From Rebecca billardiae RCC1528 (Eukaryota; Protista; Haptophyta), in the NCBI GenBank assembly GCA_965240325.2, contig OZ251233.1, positions 186,001 to 250,000 of the forward strand: a stretch of DNA of 64,000 nt, read 5' to 3'. The notes below the pieces were generated by a model. That model worked only from the letters and a program-made list of their open reading frames with translations. It was not told the origin of the DNA and made no database searches. The first letter of the stretch is position 1. Each line of letters starts with the position of its first letter. A program made the position numbers and the translations under genes. Below, one piece after another: positions 26,001-38,770 of this stretch.

Positions 26001-29000
26001 GAGGGCGGTGGGCTTGGCGGCGGCGGAGATGGCGGCGGGCTCGGTGGCGGCGAGGGCGGCGGCGAGGGCGGTGGGCTTGGTGGCGGCGAAGGCGGCGGGC
26101 TCGGCGGTGGCGACGGTGGTGGCGATGGTGGCGGTGATGGCGGCGGTGATGGCGGCGGCGATGGCGGCGGGCTCGGTGGCGGTGGGCTCGGCGGCGGGCT
26201 CGGAGGTGGCGAGGGCGGCGGGCTCGGCGGCGGCGAGGGCGGCGGGCTCGGCGGCGGCGAGGGCGGCGGCGAGGGCGGAGGTGACGGCGGTGGTGACGGC
26301 GGTGGCGACGGCGGCGGTGAGGGTGGTGGCGAGGGCGGAGGAGGGCTGGGCGGCGGGCTGGGCGGAGGCGAGGGCGGCGGCGAGGGCGGCGGCGACGGCG
26401 GCGGGCTCGGAGGGGGCGAGGGCGGGGGCGAGGGCGGCGGTGAGGGCGGCGGGCTCGGCGGTGGCGACGGCGGCGGCGACGGTGGTGGGCTTGGCGGCGG
26501 TGGGCTGGGCGGCGGCGACGGCGGCGGCGATGGCGGCGGCGATGGCGGCGGGCTCGGCGGCGGCGAGGGCGGTGGGCTCGGCGGTGGCGACGGTGGCGGC
26601 GATGGTGGCGGTGACGGCGGCGGCGAGGGCGGAGGGCTCGGCGGAGGCGAGGGCGGCGGCGGGCTCGGCGGCGGACTCGGAGGTGGCGTCGGCGGCGGTG
26701 ATGGTGGCGGCGACGGTGGCGGCTGAGGGGGCGGGCTGGGCGGCGGGCTGGGCGGCGGGCTCGGCGGCGGCGACGGCGGCGGCGAGGGCGGCGGCGAGGG
26801 TGGCGGTGAAGGCGGTGGCGGGCTCGGCGGTGGGCTCGGCGGTGGGCTCGGCGGCGGTGACGGCGGTGGCGATGGTGGTGGGCTCGGAGGTGGCGAGGGT
26901 GGCGGCGAGGGCGGCGGCGATGGTGGCGGACTCGGCGGAGGCGAGGGCGGCGGCGAGGGCGGCGGGCTCGGCGGCGGCGGCGAGGGCGGGGGCGACGGAG
27001 GCGGTGATGGCGGCGGCGAGGGGGGTGGGCTCGGTGGTGGCGATGGCGGCGGGCTTGGCGGCGGCGACGGAGGCGGGGATGGTGGCGGGCTTGGTGGCGG
27101 CGAGGGCGGCGGCGAGGGCGGCGGCGATGGCGGCGGTGGGCTCGGCGGTGGCGAGGGCGGCGGCGAGGGCGGCGGCGAGGGCGGCGGCGAGGGCGGTGGA
27201 CTCGGCGGCGGCGAGGGCGGCGGGCTGGGCGGCCGCGTGGGCGGCGGCGAGGGCGGCGGCGAGGGCGGTGGCGAGGGCGGCGGCGAGGGCGGCGGCGGGC
27301 TGGGCGGCGGGCTGGGCGGCGGGCTGGGCGGTGGCGACGGCGGTGGCGATGGCGGCGGGCTGGGCGGCGGAGAGGGCGGCGGCGAGGGTGGTGGCGATGG
27401 TGGCGGACTCGGCGGCGGCGAGGGCGGTGGGCTGGGCGGCGGGGAGGGCGGCGGCGATGGCGGCGGCGAGGGCGGCGGCGATGGCGGCGATGATGGCGGC
27501 GGCGGGCTGGGCGGCGGGCTCGGTGGCGGGCTCGGCGGCGGCGACGGCGGCGGAGATGGCGGCGGGCTAGGTGGCGGCGACGGCGGCGGCGACGGCGGCG
27601 GCGAGGGCGGAGGGCTCGGCGGAGGCGAGGGCGGCGGCGACGGCGGTGGCGACGGCGGCGGACTCGGGGGAGGCGACGGCGGCGGCGAGGGTGGCGGGCT
27701 CGGCGGCGGTGGGGACGGCGGCGGCGATGGAGGCGGCGAGGGCGGCGGCGAGGGCGGTGGGCTTGGCGGTGGCGAGGGCGGCGGGCTGGGCGGTGGCGAA
27801 GGCGGCGGAGACGGTGGCGGACTTGGCGGAGGTGAAGGAGGCGGTGACGGCGGTGGTGAAGGCGGCGGCGGGCTCGGCGGGGGCGAGGGTGGCGGGCTCG
27901 GTGGTGGCGATGGCGGCGGCGAGGGCGGCGGGCTTGGCGGTGGCGAGGGCGGCGGCGAGGGCGGCGGCGAGGGCGGCGGGGAGGGCGGCGGCGACGGCGG
28001 CGGGGACGGCGGTGGCGAGGGCGGTGGCGGGCTTGGCGGTGGCGATGGCGGCGGAGAAGGCGGCGGGCTTGGTGGCGGCGAGGGTGGCGGGGCTGGCGGA
28101 GGCGATGGCGGAGGCGACGGCGGCGGCGACGGCGGCGGCGACGGTGGCGGCGACGGTGGTGGCGACGGTGGCGGGCTCGGTGGCGGCGGGGACGGCGGCG
28201 GCGAGGGCGGCGGCGAGGGCGGTGGCGAGGGCGGTGGAGACGGCGGCGGCGAGGGCGGTGGAGACGGCGGCGGCGACGGAGGCGGCGAAGGCGGCGGCGG
28301 GCTCGGCGGTGGCGAGGGCGGCGGCGAGGGCGGCGGCGAGGGCGGCGGCGAGGGCGGCGGGCTTGGCGGTGGCGAAGGCGGCGGCGAGGGCGGCGGCGAG
28401 GGCGGCGGCGAGGGTGGTGGCGAGGGTGGTGGCGACGGCGGCGGCGCGGGCGGCGGCGGGCTTGGCGGCGGCGAGGGCGGCGGGGAGGGCGGTGGGCTTG
28501 GTGGCGGCGACGGTGGCGGCGAGGGCGGCGGCGATGGCGGCGGCGAGGGCGGAGGTGACGGTGGCGGCGATGGCGGTGGCGACGGCGGTGGCGAGGGTGG
28601 CGGCGAGGGCGGCGGCGGGCTGGGCGGCGGGCTGGGCGGCGGGCTGGGCGGCGGCGAAGGCGGCGGGCTTGGCGGTGGTGACGGTGGCGGCGAGGGCGGC
28701 GGCGATGGCGGTGGGCTCGGCGGCGGCGATGGCGGTGGGCTCGGCGGCGGCGACGGCGGCGGCGACGGCGGGGGCGGGCTTGGCGGGGGCGAGGGCGGCG
28801 GCGACGGCGGCGGCGACGGCGGCGGCGACGGCGGCGGGCTTGGCGGGGGCGAGGGCGGAGGCGAGGGCGGAGGCGACGGCGGCGGCGAGGGCGGCGGCGA
28901 GGGCGGCGGCGACGGCGGTGGCGCAGGCGGCGGCGGGCTTGGTGGCGGCGATGGCGGCGGGGAAGGTGGCGGGCTTGGTGGCGGCGACGGCGGCGGCGAT

Positions 29001-32000
29001 GGTGGTGGTGACGGCGGCGGCGACGGCGGTGGCGACGGCGGTGGTGACGGTGGCGGCGACGGCGGTGGCGACGGCGGTGGGCTCGGTGGCGGTGGGGACG
29101 GCGGCGGCGACGGCGGCGGTGACGGCGGCGGCGATGGTGGTGGGCTGGGCGGCGGCGATGGCGGTGGGCTCGGCGGCGGCGACGGCGGGGGCGACGGGGG
29201 CGGCGGGCTCGGCGGGGGCGAGGGCGGCGGCGAGGGCGGCGGCGAGGGCGGCGGCGAGGGCGGCGGGCTCGGTGGGGGTGAGGGCGGCGGCGAGGGCGGC
29301 GGCGAGGGCGGAGGCGACGGCGGCGGCGACGGCGGCGGCGACGGCGGTGGCGATGGCGGTGGCGGGCTAGGTGGCGGCGATGGCGGCGGGGAAGGAGGCG
29401 GGCTTGGTGGCGGCGATGGTGGCGGCGACGGCGGTGGCGAGGGTGGCGGCGAGGGCGGCGGCGACGGCGGTGGTGACGGTGGCGGCGAAGGCGGTGGCGA
29501 GGGCGGTGGCGACGGCGGCGGTGGGGACGGTGGCGGCGAGGGCGGCGGCGAGGGCGGCGGCGAGGGCGGTGGGCTGGGCGGCGGCGAGGGCGGTGGGCTC
29601 GGTGGCGGCGACGGCGGCGGCGACGGCGGCGGCGGGCTCGGCGGGGGCGAGGGCGGCGGCGAGGGCGGCGGCGAGGGCGGTGGCGAGGGCGGTGGGCTCG
29701 GTGGGGGCGACGGAGGCGGCGAGGGCGGCGGCGAGGGCGGCGGGGACGGCGGCGGCGATGGCGGCGGCGACGGCGGCGGCGATGGCGGTGGCGGGCTGGG
29801 TGGCGGCGAGGGCGGCGGAGAAGGCGGCGGGCTGGGTGGCGGCGAAGGCGGCGGCGAGGGCGGCGGCGAGGGCGGCGGCGAGGGCGGTGGTGACGGCGGT
29901 GGCGAAGGTGGCGGGGACGGCGGCGGCGACGGCGGTGGGCTCGGTGGTGGTGGAGACGGCGGTGGTGACGGCGGCGGCGACGGCGGCGGGCTGGGCGGTG
30001 GGCTGGGCGGCGGCGACGGCGGTGGGGTCGGCGGCGGCGAGGGCGGCGGTGAGGGCGGGGGCGGGCTCGGCGGAGGCGAGGGCGGCGGCGAGGGCGGCGG
30101 GCTCGGCGGCGGCGAGGGTGGCGGGGACGGCGGCGGGGACGGCGGCGGCGAGGGCGGCGGGGACGGCGGCGGGGACGGCGGCGGGGACGGCGGCGGCGAG
30201 GGCGGCGGGGACGGCGGCGGGGATGGCGGCGGCGAGGGCGGTGGCGAGGGCGGCGGCGAAGGCGGCGGCGGGCTCGGTGGCGGGCTCGGTGGAGGCGACG
30301 GTGGCGGCGAGGGCGGCGGCGACGGCGGGGGGCGTGGCGGCGGGGAAGGCGGCGGCGAGGGCGGCGGGGACGGCGGCGGCGAGGGTGGCGGCGAGGGCGG
30401 CGGGCTCGGAGGTGGCGGGCTCGGAGGTGGTGAAGGTGGCGGCGATGGTGGCGGGCTGGGCGGCGGCGAAGGTGGCGGGGACGGCGGTGGGCTCGGCGGC
30501 GGCGAGGGCGGCGGTGACGGCGGCGGCGAGGGCGGCGGGCTGGGCGGCGGCGAGGGCGGCGGACTCGGCGGCGGCGAGGGCGGCGGGCTCGGCGGCGGCG
30601 AGGGCGGCGGGGGGCTGGGCGGCGGGCTCGGAGGTGGGCTCGGCGGCGGCGAGGGCGGCGGGCTCGGCGGCGGCGAGGGTGGCGGCGAGGGCGGCGGCGA
30701 GGGCGGCGGCGAGGGCGGCGGGCTCGGCGGTGGCGAGGGCGGCGGCGAGGGCGGCGGGCTCGGCGGCGGCGGCGAGGGCGGCGGCGAGGGCGGCGGGCTT
30801 GGCGGAGGTGACGGTGGCGGTGATGGCGGCGGGCTCGGCGGCGGCGACGGTGGCGGCGATGGCGGCGGGCTCGGCGGCGGCGGGCTGGGCGGAGGCGAGG
30901 GCGGAGGCGAGGGAGGCGGCGAGGGCGGCGGCGAGGGCGGCGGGCTGGGCGGGGGCGGTGACGGTGGCGGCGAGGGCGGCGGGCTGGGCGGCGGGCTGGG
31001 CGGCGGGCTCGGCGGCGGGCTCGGCGGCGGGCTCGGCGGCGGGGACGGCGGCGGGCTCGGCGGCGGGCTCGGCGGCGGGCTCGGCGGCGGGGACGGCGGC
31101 GGGCTCGGCGGCGGGCTCGGCGGCGGGCTCGGCGGCGGGGACGGCGGTGGCAAGGGCGGCGGGCTCGGAGGAGGGCTTGGCGGCGGGGACGGCGGTGGCA
31201 AGGGCGGCGGGCTCGGAGGAGGGCTCGGCGGCGGGGACGGCGGTGGCAAGGGCGGCGGGCTCGGAGGCGGGCTTGGCGGCGGGGACGGCGGCGGCAAGGG
31301 CGGCGGGCTCGGAGGAGGGCTCGGCGGCGGGGACGGCGGCGGTGATGGCGGCGGCGAGGGTGGCGGCGGGCTCGGCGGCGGGCTGGGCGGCGGGCTGGGC
31401 GGCGGGCTCGGCGGCGGGCTCGGCGGCGGGCTGGGCGGCGGGCTCGGCGGCGGGCTCGGCGGCGGGCTTGGCGGCGGGCTCGGCGGCGGGCTCGGCGGCG
31501 GGCTTGGCGGCGGGCTCGGCGGCGGCGGCGGCGGCAGCCCGATCGCCGGCAGCGCGTCTCCCATCGTGGCCGCGGTCGTGCCGCGCACCGCCGTGTCGCC
31601 CCCGCCCGTCTCGCCTGCGTCGGCGAGCCCAAAGCTGCGCACGCGCGCAGGCGCAGCCGACGGCGTGAGCGCAGCGCGCCACGGGGCCACGCCGTGCGCC
31701 CTCCGGCGCGCGGCGCGGGGCGGCGCGCGGCAGAGCGCGCGCGGGCCAGCGCGCGCGCGCACCACTTGATGTTGCCGTCGTCGAGCGCCGCGCACGTGTG
31801 CGCGTACCCCGTGCTGAACGAGGTCACGGTCCGGCCCGCGCCGAGCAGGATCGGCGGGAGGGCGTCGCCGAGCTCGCCCGCGCCATTGCCGCGCGCGTCC
31901 GTGTCGCCTGTGCCCAGTCGGCCGTCGTCAGCGAGGCCCCAGCTGCAGCGGCGCACGCGGCCGCGGCGCGCGCGAGGGGGGCGCCAGCAGCCGGGTCAGG

Positions 32001-33527
32001 CGGGCACGCGCGCCGCGGCCGCCCGCGGCACAGCGCCTGCCCGCTCGCGCCTCCGCCGGCGCGCGAGGCGTCCCGGGCAGGCGTCCCGGGCAGGCCGCAG
32101 CGCCGCGCGCGCACCACTTGAGCGCGCCGCTGCTCAGCTGGCTGCAGCCAAACTGGAAGCCCAGGCTGTGCGCGCCGACGGTGAGGCCGGTGCCGAAGGT
32201 GAAGGTGGGCGCGGTGGAGGGCACGGAGATGTCCCCGTTGCCGCCCTGCCCCAGCGCCCCGTCCGCGCCCTTTCCCCAGCACTTGAGCCCGCCTGCGCTC
32301 ATGCGCGCACACGAGTGCTGCACGCTCACCGCCACCTCGGCCGCGCCCGCCGTGAGACCGAACGGCAGGTTGTCGCCCATCGAGCCGGCGGACTTGCCGA
32401 AGTCGGTCTTGCTGCCCGTGCCCAGCTGCCGCTGGCCGTTCTCGCCCCAGCTGCGCAGCCGCGCGCGCGCGGGGTGCGCGCGCGCGTGGAGCCGCGGCGC
32501 GCGCGCGCGCGCGCGGCCGCAACGCGCGCGCGCGGCCGCATCGCGCGCGCGCGTTTGGCCGCGCACCACTTGAGGCTGCCGTCGGTGAAGACGGCGCAGT
32601 TGTGCAGGCCGAGGTGCGTGTCGAACGAGCTGAGCGTGAGCCCCGTCCCGAAGCTCAAATGCCCACCGGGCGCCGACAGGCTGCTCGAGCTCTCGTACCC
32701 CAGCTGCCCGCTCCCGCCGTCGCCCCAGCACTGCACGCCCAGCACCGCGCCAATCGTGGAGCTCACACACGTGTGCGAGGCGCCGCACTTGACCGAGGTG
32801 GGCGTGGCGCCGGCGCCGAGGCTGACCGCGGGGAGCGTGTCGCCCATCGCGCGCCCCGAGCCGTCGCCGGCGCTCGTCGTGTCCCCCGTCCCCAGCTGGC
32901 CCTCTGAGTTATCGCCCCAACTGACACGCAGGCGGCCGGGCGGGCGGGCGGTTGGCGGCGCAGGGCGGCGGCCGGCGCGCGGCGCGCGTGAGCGCGAGCC
33001 CGGCGGCGGGCGCGGCGCGAGGCGCGCACGGCGGGGCGCGGCGGCCGCCGCACCGCCGGCCGCTGCGCGCGCGCGCGCGCAGGCGCGCACCATCTGACCG
33101 TCGCGTCCGAGAGCAGCGCACACGAGTGCTCCCCGCCACTCGACAGGTCAGTCACTGTGGTGCCCGTCGGCATGGCGAGGAAGGGCAGGTTGATGCCGAG
33201 CTGGTTCGGGCTGTCGCCGACGTTGGTGGTGGCGTCATAGCCCAGCTTACCGCTCGCGCCCTCGCCGAAGCTGCTCGGCGTGCCAGGGGTCACGCGCGCG
33301 CGTGCGGCGCGTGGCGCGCGATGAGCCGGTAGCCGCTGCAGGGCGCGCGCACGGCGCAGCGCGGCGCACCACTTGACGGTGCCGATGCCGTAGAGCACGC
33401 AGGTGTGCTTGGTGCCGGAGACAATCGTCGTGATCGTGCCCGCGCTGCCCACACCGAGCAGGACGCCCGGGTGCGTGGCCGACGCGACCAGCGTGAGCAG
33501 GCCGAGGCCGAGCGCCAGCACGCCCAT
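12747..33527 (-). CDS. Giant cell-surface protein: signal peptide, RCC1-like repeats, ~3,700-aa (Ser-Pro3)n extensin-like stalk, IPT/TIG, REJ, GPS motif, several TM helices (polycystin-1-like)
   Basis: ATG 33527 (MGVLALGLGLLTLVASA). Exons 33527-33370, 33270-33091, 32920-32567, 32450-32115, 31942-31763, 31634-12747. HTC..CWG..GQLG repeats; REJ-like NRPPFGGGLRVEPPAGVALFTQF..GWADD..DLPLRYAF; GPS CRFW..WSSDGC..CACTHLTEF then TM. One frameshift at ~25580. Confidence 0.85.
20400..31535 (-). repeat. Coding (Ser-Pro-Pro-Pro)n minisatellite, ~11.1 kb
   Basis: 12-bp period with varied synonymous codons; occasional SPPPP units. Confidence 0.97.
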
Positions 33528-33853
33528 GGTGGAGAGTACAAGGTCCTTGGTCGAGACGCGGGAACGAGAATCCGGCTTGGATCAGCGGCAAGTTGTGAAC
33601 CGCGTAGATCTGGGTAAGTCAGCTCAACTACTTTACCCATCCTATGGGCAGTCATTCGTCAGTGGCCACGGATGCAAGTCGCCTATCATACAATGAGCCG
33701 CGGGCAACGATTTAGTAACCGCTTTGTGAGGTATTGTCGTATTTACTCTTATGGAGTACTAGCACGACGTTAACCAGCGCCTAGCGGGCGCTCCTGGCTA
33801 ACTATCTAGATACTGATTGAGTTCGTCGTCATCACTCCACGACGCATCACGCC

Positions 33854-35638
33854 TCAGCCGCCGCCGCGCGCGAGCGCAGCCTGCCGCAGCAGGTACTGCG
33901 TCCACGTGAGGTGGCTGCTGCGCACCGCGTCGTCGCCGTCGTGCTTTTCGCGCGACCAATGCTTTTTTTCGCGCGTCGTCCGATGCTGCTTTTCGCGCGG
34001 CCTGCGCGCGTGTCGCTCGGCGCCGACTGGCGCGCCGCCGATGACTGGCGCGGTGCCGGCCTGCGGCGCGCCCCAGCGCTGCGACGACGCGAACGGCGCG
34101 TCGCCGCTGCCACCGGACCGCTGCGCGCCGCCGCCGCCAAACGGCACGCCGCCGCCACCGAAGGGCACGCCGCTGCCGCCGAGCGGCACGCCGCCGCCGC
34201 CGGTGCGGCCAAGCCTGGCGAGGCCAAACGCCTGGGCGGCGGCGGCGGCGGTCAGCTCGGCGCCGGGCGGCAGGAAGGCGGCGAGCTGCGCGGCCGCGTC
34301 GCCCTTCACGCCGCGGGGGCAGCGCACGGGGTCGGGCGTCTCCGGCGGCGGGAGCAGCGCGACCGGGTGGTACGCGGGGTCGTACGCCGCGCTCGCCGTC
34401 GAGAGCAGCGCGAAGAAGCGCGCGCCGAGCGCGCGCGCGTTGGCGCGCAGCGCGGGCAGCGGCGCGGGCGTGGCGGCCTCGGTCGCGTTGAGCCGGCGCA
34501 GGCGGCCGTCGGCGTGCAGCGCCGCCATGATCGAGGCCATCGCGATCTCGGGCGTGCCGGGCTGGCACTGGTGGTACCCGAGCGCGTAGTCGCACTCGGG
34601 CTGGCCCGGCGCCTTGGCGTTGCACCAGCGCTCCTCGAGCGCGGCCGTGCGGAGCGCGTGCGCGCGCGCGCCCGGCACCGCGCAGTCGTGCGCAAAGTCG
34701 CGCTGCCAGTCCTTGACGTGCAGCACGTGCGGCGCGTGGCGCAGCGCGGCGAACGCCGCGTGCACGCGGCGCAGCCGCTCGCACGGGAACTGGCGCACCG
34801 CCGCCTCCTCCTGGTCGGCCCACTTGCCCGTGCACGGCGCGCGCGGCGCCTCGCACGCCTTCCACTGGAAGAAGCACGGCGAGTTGGGCTGCATGAGGAG
34901 GACGTGGGTGGGTAGGAGCGCCTCGCCGAGCCGCGTGGCGAGCGTCACGACCGCGTCCGTCTCGTTCCGCGCGTGCTGCAGCCCCACCGCATTCTGCACG
35001 ACGCTGAGGCGCGCGCCGTTCGGCAGCAGCGCCGACCACGACTCGGTCTGCGCGTGCGTGTGCGCGGCCCAGGTCTCGCACGCGGGCGCGGCGCGGAGCG
35101 GCACGGCGGCGCGCGCGAGCGCGGTGGGCGCGACGCACGCCGCCGCGCCGTCCAGCCGGCGGATCGCCAGCGGCGCCGGGTTGTTGCACAGCAGCACCTC
35201 CGCGAGCTGCAGGCTGATGGACGTGCCGTACAGCAGCACGTGCGCCTCGGGCGGGAGCAGCAGCGCCTCGCGCTCGAGCGGCGGCATGCGCTTGGGGAAT
35301 AGGCCGCGGTACTTGGCGCCGTTGCACCGGAAGTTGGGCCGGATGTACGGGCAGCGTCTCTCGGCGTACGTGCGGCGCGGACCGAGCGCGCCGCGCACCG
35401 ACGCCCACTCGGCGTGCGACACCGTCACGAGCGAGAGCGGCTCGTGCGGCTGCTGCGCCGAGCTCGGCGCGCACAACAGCGCGAGTAGCGCGAGCGCGCG
35501 CGAGCGCGCGCGCGGCACGCCACGCCCCGGCCGCGCGCCGCCGGGCACCCGCAGATTCTGAATCCGATCCGTCTGCTCGAAGCGGCGCCGAGTAGTCGCC
35601 GGCGACGACGCGTCGGCCGATACACCCGGCGCGCTCAC
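33854..35638 (-). CDS. TBL/PC-esterase (SGNH)-like putative polysaccharide O-acyltransferase
   Basis: CPYIRPNFRC, VLLYGTSIS (GDS-like) and YHQCQPGTP (DxxHxCxPG-like); signal/anchor RALALLALLCAPSSA; start codon uncertain (no nearby ATG). Confidence 0.55.
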   Translation of the reverse strand: MSAPGVSADASSPATTRRRFEQTDRIQNLRVPGGARPGRGVPRARSRALALLALLCAPSSAQQPHEPLSLVTVSHAEWASVRGALGPRRTYAERRCPYIRPNFRCNGAKYRGLFPKRMPPLEREALLLPPEAHVLLYGTSISLQLAEVLLCNNPAPLAIRRLDGAAACVAPTALARAAVPLRAAPACETWAAHTHAQTESWSALLPNGARLSVVQNAVGLQHARNETDAVVTLATRLGEALLPTHVLLMQPNSPCFFQWKACEAPRAPCTGKWADQEEAAVRQFPCERLRRVHAAFAALRHAPHVLHVKDWQRDFAHDCAVPGARAHALRTAALEERWCNAKAPGQPECDYALGYHQCQPGTPEIAMASIMAALHADGRLRRLNATEAATPAPLPALRANARALGARFFALLSTASAAYDPAYHPVALLPPPETPDPVRCPRGVKGDAAAQLAAFLPPGAELTAAAAAQAFGLARLGRTGGGGVPLGGSGVPFGGGGVPFGGGGAQRSGGSGDAPFASSQRWGAPQAGTAPVIGGAPVGAERHARRPREKQHRTTREKKHWSREKHDGDDAVRSSHLTWTQYLLRQAALARGGG

Positions 35639-37084
35639 CGCGCAAACGGCACGCTCGCAGAGCGGCCGGGCAGCAAGGGCTAACCTTGGTCAGCCAAGGG
35701 AGGGGCCTCCCTTGGGTCAGCAATGCAATGGGGGCTTAACCAAGGTTGGTCAGCAAGGGTGGTCACCTCAGAGATCGGGCCCGGTGACGAAACAGAGCAG
35801 CGCCCCGGGACGCGTGGCCGGCGCTGGAGGGCGACACGCGCGGTGCTCGTTTGGCGTCGCGCGGCGTCGGACAAGTCGCGCGCTTGGCAGATGGACGCAC
35901 CTTCACGTTCTTCGGGCACTCCCGCCTCAGGTCCGCGCACGCGCGCCTCTCTTGCCGCCCGCGCGGGGCTCGCTTTCACCAGCCGCCCGTGCACCCGCCT
36001 CACAATCGAGCCGCGCTGTAACTCGGTATGGGCGGAAATGGGCGGGCTCAGACGCATTCTGCGCGGCGATGTAGTGGTATGTGAGAAGGTTGGATGCGGC
36101 CGTTTTCTTGTGGTGGCTTGTGGTCGCTCACACGCGTCCACTTGGCTACCATTGCGCACCGCCTGTCCGACTCGGGCCTGTGCGCACGCACTCCGACGTC
36201 TCGGCTGGCGAGGGATCGGCATGCCGGTGTCACGACGAGCCCGGGCGCACGGAACTAGGCATCTACTCCCAAGCCGCGCGCACCTGGCTGGAAGTGGCTG
36301 GCGAGCAAATTGGAATGCAATAAGATGCAATCGAATGCAATCAATAATCATGATGGCACTCTAGTACTCTACGCTCTGCTCGCAGCCTTGTGGCTTGTCA
36401 GTCTCAGTGCGAGCACGGCGGGAACGCCGTACGCGAGGCGAGGCGGCGCAATGAAGCGCGCCCCGATGGCGGAGAGCTCACCAACCTGATCAAACAGCCC
36501 GCCCGCACCCTCGGAGTCAGACATGACCGCGGGGCGCGCGTCCGCGTGATTGCCTCACGCCCTGAGATTTCGCCCCGGCCGCTCTGCGAGCATGGGTCCC
36601 CCATGCGCCACACATACACCTACAAATACTCGTCGATATTCGAGATCTCGCATCACGCGAACACTTGGCGCGCCGCGAGGCGGCCGCAGCCCTCATCCAG
36701 GCCTCGCAGGCGGACGGCTGAACGAATTTTCCGGCGGCGCAGCCATCGGCGACGGCTCCATGGGCGGTGACAGTTGGCGGGCGTCGATCTCGGGTCTACC
36801 TCAGCTGTGTGCGTCTCTTATTTATTATTCTTAAGTATAAACTGTATCGATCCGCGCACTATTTGCAATTGCAAATACGGTACCGGTAGAAGACCATATT
36901 AAAAAATACCGGCTCGAAAATGTGTGGCCAGCGCTCGTCAAAGCCGCGGCTGGCGGGCCACTGGTCATCCGGGGCCGGGGCTGCGGCGCCTTCAGCACGC
37001 AGCGCGGCCGAGCTTCAAGGGCGGGCTCGAGAGAGCGGGCCCCACACCGAGTGTCGCGGCGAGCTGGCGTCGCCCGCCGTTGTC

Positions 37085-38737
37085 ATGTCCCGCGCGGCGA
37101 GCGTCGACGAGCGCGACGCCGTGGGTGGCGGGCCGGCGCCGCCCAAGTTGTCCTCCGCCGTGGGCATCTTCTGGGACGTCGAGTCGTGCCCGCTGCCGCC
37201 GCTGCCGGGCGCGCGCCACTCATCCGCGACCGGAGGCGGCAGCGCCGAGCAGACGAGCCAGCTTGTGAACGGCCTGTTGGTTGTCCTCGCGCGGCGTTTT
37301 GGGCGGCCCATTGCTTTGTACGCGTACGCGACGCCCGACGTGCTGTCCGCCGAGCACCGCTCCAACCTGTCGAGCGCAGGGGTGCGCGCGCGCGCGCGCG
37401 TATGTGCGCCCTGCGGCGGGCCGGCTGGCCCGGCGGCGCGGCTCGCTGGCGTGCGCGGGCCGGTCACACGCGGCGGCGCCGCGTGCACTCCTCGCACCGC
37501 CCGCGTCGCGCGTGCGAGCGCCGCGCGCATTCCCCAGCCCCAGCACGGGCCCTCTGCTCCTCCCGAGCTGCTGCTGCCACTGTGGCTGCCGCTCTGCGCC
37601 GCTCATCTCCCTCCGCCGCGCCCGACCGCTCGCGGCGCGCGCTCTGCGTCCGCGCCGATGCTGCGCGCCGCAGGTCCAGGTTGTGACGGTTGGCGCGGCG
37701 GAGCGCATCGGCACGTGCCTCGTGCTGGACGCGTCCTTCTTCCTCGCGGACACGCGCGCCGGCCAGATCGGCGACGCGCTCGCCGTGCTGCTCTGCGGCG
37801 ACGCGGCCGTGCCCCCGCTGCTCGCGCGCGCGCACGCGCGGCAGATGCGGGTGGCGATCGCGTGGCCATGCCGCGCGCTGCCGGGTGGCTCGGCGGAGTC
37901 GGGCGCGGCGGAGGCCGGCGTGCTCGAGCTGCTCCGCCCCGTCGACCCGCAGCTCCTCCGCAGCGCCGAGGCGGTGCTTGAGTGGCCGCGGCTGGCGCCT
38001 CTCGACTTGTCTCGCGCGCGGCCGCCGCCTGCCGCCTCGGGCGCGGCGGCGTACTGGCAGCAGCAGGGGCAGGGGCAGGAGCAGGGGCAGGAGCAGCAGG
38101 GCGGGCTGCACGGCCGAGGCGACGGCTCGCACCACTCGGCGCACTCGGCGAGCGCCCAGCACACCGGCGGCGGCGGCGGCGGCGGCGGCGGCTTGGACGG
38201 CGGCGGCGGCGGCAGCGGCTTTCTGAGCGGGCTCGTCCTCCCCGAGTGGCCTCCCGCGCCGCACCAGCTCGCGGGGGCATCGGACGCGCACCCGTACTCG
38301 GCCTCGCCCGCGCTCTCCGCCGCCAGCCCGCCCATCCTCTCCCCGCTCTGCGCAACCGCCGCCGCCGGCTGCGGCGGCACGCGCGAGCGCTCCGGCTCGA
38401 CTGGCGGCTGTGCCGCGTGTGGCACGGCGGTGCAGCGGCCGATCGGGCGCAGCACCAGCTGCGCCACGCCCGGCGCGCAGCCGGCGGCGCACTCGGCGCA
38501 GCCGCACGGCGGCGCCGGCGTGCCATACAACTTCAGCCCGATCTCGCTCCCCGCCTCGATCGCGCCCGGTGGTGCGGGCGCCCAGGGCCACGCCTCCGCC
38601 TCCGCCTCCGCCTCCGCCTCCGCCTCCGCCTCTGCCGGCGTGCACGCGCAGCAGCAGGGGCGCTCGCGCGAGAGCCCGCCGCCGCCCTACCCGGCCGCGG
38701 GCGGTGGCGCCGGCTGGCAGCAGCCGCAGCAGCAGCC

Positions 38738-38770
<33 letters not shown>

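Noticed and set aside
19312-31769. Huge Gly-rich and Ala/Arg-rich ORFs on the + strand and alternative minus frames
   Set aside because: Shadow frames of the SPPP repeat; the signal peptide, splice sites and domains are all in the minus-strand SPPP frame.
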